A stretch of 64,000 nt of DNA, taken from positions 2,325-66,324 of the forward strand of contig JANQFF010000383.1 in NCBI GenBank assembly GCA_028277965.1, written 5' to 3'. This DNA is from Pseudomonadales bacterium (lineage in GTDB: Bacteria; Pseudomonadota; Gammaproteobacteria; Pseudomonadales; Azotimanducaceae). Of the stretch, positions 56,720 to 64,000 are shown piece after piece. The position numbers and the translations under genes were made by a program. Every line of letters starts with the position of its first letter. The stretch's first letter is position 1. The notes under the pieces are model-generated. The model was not told the origin of the DNA and searched no databases. It saw only the letters and a list, made by a program, of their open reading frames with translations.

Positions 56720-58618
56720 CTACCCGGGCAGAAGGCATCCCTCAAAGAACGACGCCATTTCTTCGTGGGCGTTTAGAGGGAGAACGTGGGCAACGTATTG
56801 ATCGGGACGCACGATGACCAGCGCGCCCTCACTGCGATCAATCCCGCGCATGTCGAATATGTCAGTACCTTTTTTCAGATCGGCACAGAAAACTTTTTCA
56901 TAATCCGTCAAACCAAACGGACCTTTGGAGGGGCGCAACAGAGAGGGCATGTCGCGGTGTTCAAGCTCGCGGAAACCCTGCTGGAAGACAACGCGGAGAT
57001 CGATGACAGCGTCGTTGTCTTCACCGGACCGTGTATACCTGCGTACTGGTGAGCTGGCGGTGTTTTCCAGGAAGGCACACAGTCGTTCGATCGCTCCCCC
57101 CATCCGGCCCTGATCCTCGCGACCGGCAAATACGTAGATCCGCCAACGGCCGTCTGCTTCAGCGACGTGCCCAAGTTGCATGGGTCTGGCATCAGACAGG
57201 CGTATGACCGGTGCGGAATGAAACCGCTTGCCGATCGTCTGCCCTCTCGCAAGCGTCTGATAGCGGCCGGGCCCCGTCACAATCGATGGCTCGTAGTGAA
57301 CTGCAAGCCCACCTGTAAACTCGAGGTTTTCGATGAACTGCTGCTGGATGCGTGGTGCGCCGGAGCCATCGAGTTCCGATTGTCCGGGCGGTGCGCTCAT
57401 GATCCGGGCCCACTCATGGTCGGTGTCGATCAGCCGTTTCGCCTCGAGCCAGCGTTCTTGAGAATAGGTTCGAAGCAATTGTGGTGGTGCGCGACCGCGT
57501 AACACGTGCGCGAGTTTCCATCCGAGATTGAAGGCATCCCCCATGGAGACATTCATCCCCTGACCGGCTTTGGGGCTGTGCGTGTGACAAGCGTCACCGG
57601 CGGTGAATACACGGGGCATCCTGTTGTCATCGTCTGCAGGGACATCGTCGAACCGGTTCGTCAATCGATGGGCTATCTCGTATATGGACCACCAGACAAC
57701 CTCTTTCACGTCGAGGGTATAAGGCGCCATGATCCGGTTTCCCGCCGCAATGATGTGCTCGAAAGTGAGCTTGCGGTTGGAGACCCTCTCATCGGGATTG
57801 AGCTTGTCGAGTTCGACGTACATGCGGAAGAGATAGCCTCCCTCGCGGGGCAGGATCAGCACGTTACCCTCGTTTGCGGATGCAACCACACACTTCATCC
57901 GGACGTCCGGAAAATCCGTGACCGCCAGAATGTCCATGACACCCCATGCCTGGTTTGCGGCGTCACCTTCGAGCGTGGCGCCAATAGTTTCGCGAACGGT
58001 GGATCGTGCCCCGTCACATCCGACGACGTAGTTCGCATGAACGGTCAGAAGTTCACCATTGTTCTGGTCTTCGAGCATGACGCGTACCGGGTGATCGGGT
58101 GTTCCGGTGTTTATCTCCAGGTCGCGTACGGCAAGTGAGTAATGTGGCTCGAGGCGGGAAGGTGCGTTTCGCATCGTGTCGAGGAAAAGTTCGTGTACCC
58201 GGGCCTGGTTCATCAGCGTGTGGGGCATTTCGGACTGATCGTCCGCAACATCCTGAACACGTCCATGGCGTTTGATGTGGCCCGGATTGTCCGGGTCCGG
58301 CATCCAGAAGGTGGTCTCGTTTACCCAGTACGCTTCCCGCTTCACCTTTTCTGCGAACCCGAAAGCCTGAAACATTTCCATGGAACGCACACTCACGCCG
58401 TCAGCCTGCCCTTTTTCGATTGGCCCCGGCTTCGGTTCGACAATCATCGTGTGTATATCCGGGAAAGCGGAGAGCTGGGCAGCCAGGCACAGACCAGCAG
58501 GACCGCAACCGGCAATCAGGACGTCAACTTCGGTGGGCATGGCTGAGCGTGGCGCACCGGGCGCTGCCTTTTGTATGTCAGGATCGCCAGGCTTGAAGCC
58601 GTCGACGTAGTACTGCAC
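56720..58618 (-). CDS. mobA: 3-hydroxybenzoate 4-monooxygenase / phenol hydroxylase family
   Basis: GCGPAG, AFPDI, GQADG, NQARVH, GDACHTHSPKAGQGMN, C-terminal IVRPDQYV; closely resembles Comamonas MobA as I recall it. Confidence 0.8.
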   Translation of the reverse strand: MQYYVDGFKPGDPDIQKAAPGAPRSAMPTEVDVLIAGCGPAGLCLAAQLSAFPDIHTMIVEPKPGPIEKGQADGVSVRSMEMFQAFGFAEKVKREAYWVNETTFWMPDPDNPGHIKRHGRVQDVADDQSEMPHTLMNQARVHELFLDTMRNAPSRLEPHYSLAVRDLEINTGTPDHPVRVMLEDQNNGELLTVHANYVVGCDGARSTVRETIGATLEGDAANQAWGVMDILAVTDFPDVRMKCVVASANEGNVLILPREGGYLFRMYVELDKLNPDERVSNRKLTFEHIIAAGNRIMAPYTLDVKEVVWWSIYEIAHRLTNRFDDVPADDDNRMPRVFTAGDACHTHSPKAGQGMNVSMGDAFNLGWKLAHVLRGRAPPQLLRTYSQERWLEAKRLIDTDHEWARIMSAPPGQSELDGSGAPRIQQQFIENLEFTGGLAVHYEPSIVTGPGRYQTLARGQTIGKRFHSAPVIRLSDARPMQLGHVAEADGRWRIYVFAGREDQGRMGGAIERLCAFLENTASSPVRRYTRSGEDNDAVIDLRVVFQQGFRELEHRDMPSLLRPSKGPFGLTDYEKVFCADLKKGTDIFDMRGIDRSEGALVIVRPDQYVAHVLPLNAHEEMASFFEGCLLPG

Positions 58619-58630
58619 TGCTAGTTGACC

Positions 58631-59809
58631 TTATGACGCGAGCGCGGTGATCTCGCTTTGGGTATTCGTCAGGTAGTCGACATCAAATCCGTACAGATCC
58701 GCCGCGTTACCGTATAGCGTCTTGTCCGCGTCAGCACCGAGCTTTTCGCGAATCAGGTCGATGCTTGACTGGCTCTCCGGCCAGGTACCCTCATCGTGTG
58801 GGTAGTCGTTCCCCCACAGGAATCGATCTGAGCCGGTGAATTCGATGTTGTTTAACGCCACCGGATCGTCGGTGATTGTGACGTAACCCTGCCGCAGGAA
58901 GTATTCACTTGCCTTCAGCGGCAGGTCTTTACGGTAAAGATGACGGCGTCGCTGCATCTGGTCCATCGCCTGCAGAGCCCAGGCGAGCCAGCCGCATTCA
59001 CTCTCCGTGATGACAAAACGAAAATCAGGGTGCCGTTCGAGGGTGCCCGAAGAGGTCAGTTCCAGTATAGGTGCCATGCCTGCTGCCATACCGATGACGG
59101 TGTCCAGGTGCTCGGAGTGATTCAGCTTGTCCCGTCCATGCTCGATGGTACGGGCCAGACGTTCCTCACTCATCTGACCGGCATCGGCGAACTCACCTCC
59201 CTGCGAGAGATTGCCGCTGAAAACGTGGAAGGTAACAGGGAGTCGAGCTTCCTCCATCAGGCTCCACAGCGGCTCCCAGACGGGTAATCGGTAAGGCTGC
59301 CATGGTACGACACAGGGTAAAAACACCGTGGCGAATCCCTCATCGATGCAGGTTCTGGCTTCTGCCACGGTATCTTCAATGTTGTCGGTTGGCAGCATCG
59401 CGGCCGGTTTGAAGCGTCTCGATTCGGCGCTGAACACATCCTGTACGTACTCGTTGTACGCACGAGCAAAAAGCTTTGAATACTCGCCAGATTTGTCGCT
59501 GCCACCGCAGTTGAGCCCGACGTTGGGAAAGATGACCTGGGCGTCGACCCCTTCCCGCGCCATGTCACGTTTACGCCGTTCCAGGTCCGTGCCGAGGGAG
59601 GGATCGTTGCGGAATTCGAGCTCACGGTCACGCTCGGACAGCGTTTTCCAGGATGAGCGGTTGATATGTTTGCCGTTGATCTCCGAATCGAGATCGCCGT
59701 TTTTGCCAGGGATCAGCAAAGGCATCTTCATGCCGAGGTCTCCGGGCATGCGGGCTCTAAGGTCTTCGTTTTCAGCCACATGGGCATCGGCTGTGATGAG
59801 CAGTGACAT
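58631..59809 (-). CDS. Amidohydrolase_2 family protein
   Basis: DAHVAE, FHV, WGNDYPHDEG. Confidence 0.88.
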   Translation of the reverse strand: MSLLITADAHVAENEDLRARMPGDLGMKMPLLIPGKNGDLDSEINGKHINRSSWKTLSERDRELEFRNDPSLGTDLERRKRDMAREGVDAQVIFPNVGLNCGGSDKSGEYSKLFARAYNEYVQDVFSAESRRFKPAAMLPTDNIEDTVAEARTCIDEGFATVFLPCVVPWQPYRLPVWEPLWSLMEEARLPVTFHVFSGNLSQGGEFADAGQMSEERLARTIEHGRDKLNHSEHLDTVIGMAAGMAPILELTSSGTLERHPDFRFVITESECGWLAWALQAMDQMQRRRHLYRKDLPLKASEYFLRQGYVTITDDPVALNNIEFTGSDRFLWGNDYPHDEGTWPESQSSIDLIREKLGADADKTLYGNAADLYGFDVDYLTNTQSEITALAS

Positions 59810-59837
59810 GGTTCCCCCTTATGTCTGTCGCAGACAG

Positions 59838-61016
59838 TTATACGATACCGCGTTTCTCCCGTTCTTTTTGCAGCCGCTCAGCATCAGCGCTTTGGAGCAG
59901 TGACCTATACTGATTCTGCAGCTGCCGGGTGATGACGACGTTCTGGATCTCCGTGGTACCGTCGATGTACTCGGCGATTTTGGCGCAGGCCAGATGCCTT
60001 GCGAAAGGAAACTCCTGTTTCAGGCCGTCAGCGCCCATCGCCTGCATACAGGTTGCGATGCCCTTGAGAGCGGCCCGCGTTGAGAATTTCTTGGCGTGAG
60101 CCGCGGCCAGGATGGCAGGTTGAGCGTTATCGATGAGACCGGCTGCTTCCGTCGTCAGCGCGCGACTGGCGGCGAGGTCAGTGGCGACATCGGCAATCTG
60201 CCAGGACAACCCTTGTTGGTGCACGAGCGGCTGACCAAAGGCTTCCCGCTTTTTCAGACGCGGCATGACTGTATCGATAGAGGCCTGCAGCATGCCGCAA
60301 CACATACTAGCCACCACGATACGGGCAATGTCGATACCTCCGAGTGCAGCTTTAAAACCCTCTCCGGGAGGAACGAGCAACTGATCGGGCTCAACGCGCA
60401 CGTTGTCGAATCGAAATCCTCCGGCGCCCATGGCATAGCCGCCTAACAGGTCGTATGTGTCGAGTCGCTGCACGCCTGCACTGTCTGCAGGTATTTGAAA
60501 GCTCGCTATCCCCGCAGCACCGCTCTCAGGGTCAGTCTGGGCGAAGACATTCAGAAGGTCGGCGTGGTTGGAGTTTGTGATCCAGGCTTTATCACCACTG
60601 ATCCGGTAGCCGTCACCGTCGACCGTCGCTGAAGTCGAGATTTTTGCAGCGTCACTGCCACCCTGCGGTTCCGTCAGCAGGAAAGCACCCACTGTCCGTC
60701 CCGCAATCATGGACGGCAGCCAACGCTCTTTCTGTGCTGGTGTCCCGGAGGCAGCGATAGCGCGCACGTGATTGTTGTGAACGATCAGGGCAAAGGCTGC
60801 TGCCATGTCGACATAAGCAAGCTTTTCGACAATCTCGGCGAACGTTGCGAAATCGACGCCCTGCCCGCCATCTTCCTCGGAGGCGAGGAGGCCGCATAAC
60901 CCTGCTTCAGCTGCATGCTCGAACATGTCACGTGGCATATGCCGGTTGTATTCCCAGGTCTCGGCATGGTGGCTCAGATAGTCGGATGCGAAAGCTGAGG
61001 CTGCTGCGACTGTCAT
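59838..61016 (-). CDS. Acyl-CoA dehydrogenase
   Basis: LTEPQGGSD, KAWITN, REAFG, IDGTTEIQ. Confidence 0.92.
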   Translation of the reverse strand: MTVAAASAFASDYLSHHAETWEYNRHMPRDMFEHAAEAGLCGLLASEEDGGQGVDFATFAEIVEKLAYVDMAAAFALIVHNNHVRAIAASGTPAQKERWLPSMIAGRTVGAFLLTEPQGGSDAAKISTSATVDGDGYRISGDKAWITNSNHADLLNVFAQTDPESGAAGIASFQIPADSAGVQRLDTYDLLGGYAMGAGGFRFDNVRVEPDQLLVPPGEGFKAALGGIDIARIVVASMCCGMLQASIDTVMPRLKKREAFGQPLVHQQGLSWQIADVATDLAASRALTTEAAGLIDNAQPAILAAAHAKKFSTRAALKGIATCMQAMGADGLKQEFPFARHLACAKIAEYIDGTTEIQNVVITRQLQNQYRSLLQSADAERLQKEREKRGIV

Positions 61017-61032
61017 CCTCTCTGCCCTCCCA

Positions 61033-61875
61033 CTAGTCTTCCCACCGGATCAGGCCTTCCTGGACACAGCTCGCAATCAGCCGGCCTTTCTGATCGTAGA
61101 AGTAACCCTGGGCCGAACCCCGGGCATGACCGGTTGCGATGACGTGCTGATCAAAGAGCAGCCAGTCGTCAGCCTTAACGCTGTTATGAAACCACATGGC
61201 GTGATCGAGGCTGGCGCCGTTGAGTGCCTGATTCTGCCAGCGTCGTCCCTGGGGCAGCACTGTGTGGTCGACCAGGGTGGAGTCTGAAAGATAGGCGAGG
61301 CCCGCTTTGTGGATCGCCGGATCTGCAGGAAGGGCCTCCGATATGCGTGTCCACAGCCTCTGCGGTTCTGTGACCGGCACCCCGGGTGGTGCATCGGGTG
61401 GGTTGATGTAAAGCAGATCCATTGGTCGCGCAGCGCCATCCCAGTCGGGTGCTTCGCCGTTGGCGAAGCTGAACTCGGTATATGTTGTGGCGACTGAATC
61501 AGGTGATGGCACGTCGGGCATGGTCTCGGCTGTGTATTCGTCACCATCCTCCGGAACGTGGAACGAGACCATCATGCGAAACAGTTCTTTGCCCTCCTGG
61601 AGCAGCTTTACCTCACGAGCGCTGAAAGACCGACCGTCGCGGACACGGTCCACCTCGACATCAAGTGGTGCCTCAACGCTTCCAGCCCTCAGGAAGTAAG
61701 CATGGAGCGAATGGACCTCGCGGTCGTCATCCGTTGTGAGACAGGCTGCGGCCAGGCCCTGGGCGAGAAATTGACCACCGTACATCCTGCCTGTGCTCTC
61801 CGGCGCGGTTGGTGCCTGAAAACGATCGTCTCCCGTCTGTTTCAGGTGCACCAGATCGCTGAAGACAGTCATCAC
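61033..61875 (-). CDS. tesB: Acyl-CoA thioesterase II
   Basis: YGGQFLAQ, SLHAYFL, RDGRSFS, YLSD, SLDHAMWFH, QEGLIR. Confidence 0.88.
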   Translation of the reverse strand: MMTVFSDLVHLKQTGDDRFQAPTAPESTGRMYGGQFLAQGLAAACLTTDDDREVHSLHAYFLRAGSVEAPLDVEVDRVRDGRSFSAREVKLLQEGKELFRMMVSFHVPEDGDEYTAETMPDVPSPDSVATTYTEFSFANGEAPDWDGAARPMDLLYINPPDAPPGVPVTEPQRLWTRISEALPADPAIHKAGLAYLSDSTLVDHTVLPQGRRWQNQALNGASLDHAMWFHNSVKADDWLLFDQHVIATGHARGSAQGYFYDQKGRLIASCVQEGLIRWED

Positions 61876-62598
61876 TCACTCGACACCGAGAGATCCTTTC
61901 AGCCAGCCGACCAGGGCGGGTTCGAGGTCAGCGTTGGTGGCGAACATCGGCAGGCCGTGTTCGGGACCGCCGTAGATCATCGCCTTCGAGTCGGGATGTG
62001 CAGAACCATCGACGGCAGCCTGCAGACGCTCAGCCACACCCGGGGTGATCGGGTCGTCCGTTGCGGCTGCGGCAAATACGGCCAGGTCTGCCCTGGTAGC
62101 CATATGCGATACGGCGTTGTCACTTGGTGGACCCGACAAGAGCATGAGCGTAGCGATGGATGGATTCGCTGCCGCGAGGTCCGCTGTCAGCATCGCACCG
62201 CAACTCGCGCCGCCAGCACCGAGACGGGCGCCGTCGACACCGCTCTGCTCAGTCAGGTGATTGAACGCAAGGGCTACATCTCCCGTGGCCGTGGCAAGGA
62301 ACGCGGGGAAGCCGCCCGCTTCGCGTATGCCTTTCCCCTGACTTTCGCCAAATCCCCGGAGGTCCAGCGTCATGACATGAACCCCGGCGTCAACGAGCTG
62401 GTCTGCAAGGAAATCCCACATACCGCGCGTCTGGTTGCACTGGTGAATGAGTAACATGCCTGGCCCCGGTTTCCCGGGAGATTTGTATGTGGCTTTGAGA
62501 ACGGTGCCGTCTCCGGCCACGAGATCGACATCGGTTGATGCGGCAGAAGCGGTGCAGGTCATCAGCACCATCGCCACGGCTGTCATGAGAAATCGCAT
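61876..62598 (-). CDS. Exported alpha/beta hydrolase
   Basis: Signal peptide, LDLRGFGES, GASCG nucleophile elbow, EHG; start ATG 62598. Confidence 0.85.
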   Translation of the reverse strand: MRFLMTAVAMVLMTCTASAASTDVDLVAGDGTVLKATYKSPGKPGPGMLLIHQCNQTRGMWDFLADQLVDAGVHVMTLDLRGFGESQGKGIREAGGFPAFLATATGDVALAFNHLTEQSGVDGARLGAGGASCGAMLTADLAAANPSIATLMLLSGPPSDNAVSHMATRADLAVFAAAATDDPITPGVAERLQAAVDGSAHPDSKAMIYGGPEHGLPMFATNADLEPALVGWLKGSLGVE

Positions 62599-62674
62599 CC
62601 TTCCCTCCTCCTCTGTAAAAGTATGCAAAGATTGACAGTACTCAACCTATCACACACTTAAAGGTGACTCATAG

Positions 62675-64000
62675 ATGGGCATCATCGTCCAACAGGTGAG
62701 ATTGTTTGTGTTTTCTGGCTTGTTGACGCTGGGCGCTGGTGCTCAGGCTCTGGATGAGCTTCTCGAGTCGCCCTGGTGGCTGTTCGAAGGCGCAAATTTC
62801 ACCGTTGCAACGAATCAGCCCGAAAGCGGGCCGGATCTTGTCGGGCAACTCGAATTGTTTCGTGCGGTGGTGCTCCGGTTTACCGGCCTTGAGCCGGTGC
62901 GTGCCCGGCTGCCCACGCGGGCGGTCATCTTCGGGGATCACGGCGAGTTCACAAAGGTGGCTGGGGTTGGCCACGTCCTGGGATTCACAAACACGAGCCT
63001 GCGGCACAATCGCATGGTTTCTTCCGGTGGACGCATCGACGTTGAACGTAGCCACATCATGTTTCATGAATACGTGCATTACCTTTTGCGCACGTCGACG
63101 CAGGAGAGCCATCCCTCATGGTATGACGAAGGACTCGCGGAGTATCTGAGCACAACCTTCGAGCATGACGGCACAGTCACCGTTGGTACTCCGCCCGTTC
63201 TCCACCGGTTACTGCTTGCGAATCGGGACCTGACGATTCCGGTGAGCCGGTTTGTGCACGCTGATCACCCGACAAATCTGCGTCCGCAGAACAAAGGCGC
63301 TTTTTACGCAATGTCCTGGGCGCTTGTGAACTACATCTACGCAGACCGGAAAGGAGAGCGGCTGGAGGGGCTGAACCGGTATCTGGCCTATCTGCGTGCT
63401 GGTGAACCGAGGGAAGAATCATTTCGCGCGGCGTTCGGAACGTCTGCGAGACGATTCATCGACCGGGCGAGGAAGGTTGCTGAGCGCAGACGAGGCGTGC
63501 TCATAACCTATCCGCTGGAAATGTTCGAAGTGGACGAGAGTCTCGTATCACGCCGAATGACAATCGATGAAGTAGCGAAAGAGCTGACGTACCTGGCTGT
63601 CTTCAACAATACTGACTTCGCCCGCCGTATTGCGGAGGAAATGCTCGAACTCGACCCGGCAAACCCACACATGCTGACGGCGCTTGCGGTTGGACATCAG
63701 GCTGATCAGGAGTATGAGCGGGGAGCAGAGCTTGCGCAGCAGGCGCTTGCTGAAGCAGCCATGCGGGAGATCCGGGACGTCACTCTCGAGATCGATTTTG
63801 CCGATCTCCTGATGGTGTGGAATGGTGATGCGTGCCCTCGCGATGCGGATGAGGCTCCAGCGACAGCGAAGGAGAAACGTGAGGTAAACCAGGACGATGA
63901 GGCAACCTGCCGGGCGCGGTACCTGGCAGCCCGGGATGCATACCGAAGAGCGCTGCAGCTGGAACCTGACAATCCGGAGGTCAGGTCGGGGCTGGGATGG
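62675..64000 (+). CDS. Exported gluzincin-like (DUF1570-type) peptidase domain plus TPR protein, truncated by window edge
   Basis: Missing from the ORF track (no stop in window). ATG 62675 gives MGIIVQQVRLFVFSGLLTLGAGAQA signal, in-frame FHEYVH (HExxH), WYDEGLAEY, and later TPR-like ALQLEPDNPE. Confidence 0.85.
   Translation, partial: MGIIVQQVRLFVFSGLLTLGAGAQALDELLESPWWLFEGANFTVATNQPESGPDLVGQLELFRAVVLRFTGLEPVRARLPTRAVIFGDHGEFTKVAGVGHVLGFTNTSLRHNRMVSSGGRIDVERSHIMFHEYVHYLLRTSTQESHPSWYDEGLAEYLSTTFEHDGTVTVGTPPVLHRLLLANRDLTIPVSRFVHADHPTNLRPQNKGAFYAMSWALVNYIYADRKGERLEGLNRYLAYLRAGEPREESFRAAFGTSARRFIDRARKVAERRRGVLITYPLEMFEVDESLVSRRMTIDEVAKELTYLAVFNNTDFARRIAEEMLELDPANPHMLTALAVGHQADQEYERGAELAQQALAEAAMREIRDVTLEIDFADLLMVWNGDACPRDADEAPATAKEKREVNQDDEATCRARYLAARDAYRRALQLEPDNPEVRSGLGW

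Noticed and set aside
1-64000. CRISPR array, tRNA or rRNA genes
   Set aside because: Intergenic spaces are short and I saw no repeat-spacer periodicity or cloverleaf motifs; a covariance-model scan would be needed to exclude small RNAs.

Overview
A gene-dense chromosomal segment of a GC-rich Gammaproteobacterium (lineage inferred from metR, sbcB, exeA/exeB and a TonB-dependent receptor), with about 62 protein-coding genes. I saw no rRNA, tRNA, CRISPR array, transposase or integrase. The left third is mostly housekeeping and transport: ExeA/ExeB, acyltransferase, aminopeptidase, SLC13 transporter, exonuclease I, osmolyte-type ABC transporter, an AttE/F/G/H-like ABC plus lipocalin module flanked by two Nudix genes, a REC-PAS-GGDEF-EAL protein, biotin carboxylase and carrier, a divergent PurC and a DEAD-box helicase. 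The right half is rich in lipid, steroid and aromatic catabolism. Two systems stand out. (1) A complete four-gene cluster at 36143-39722 resembling the mycobacterial 3-O-methylmannose polysaccharide (MMP) locus (manT, putative 3-O-methyltransferase, mmpH, meT1), lying downstream of an HD-domain gene whose promoter, shared with metR, carries MetR-like boxes. (2) A lower-GC module of about 5.8 kb (TonB receptor, SCP2-like/PhyH dioxygenase fusion, non-AHL LuxR solo, amidohydrolase) whose two promoters carry a shared CCCTC-N6-GAGGG palindrome at the canonical LuxR activator position. All family calls come from motif recognition by eye; no database search was run.
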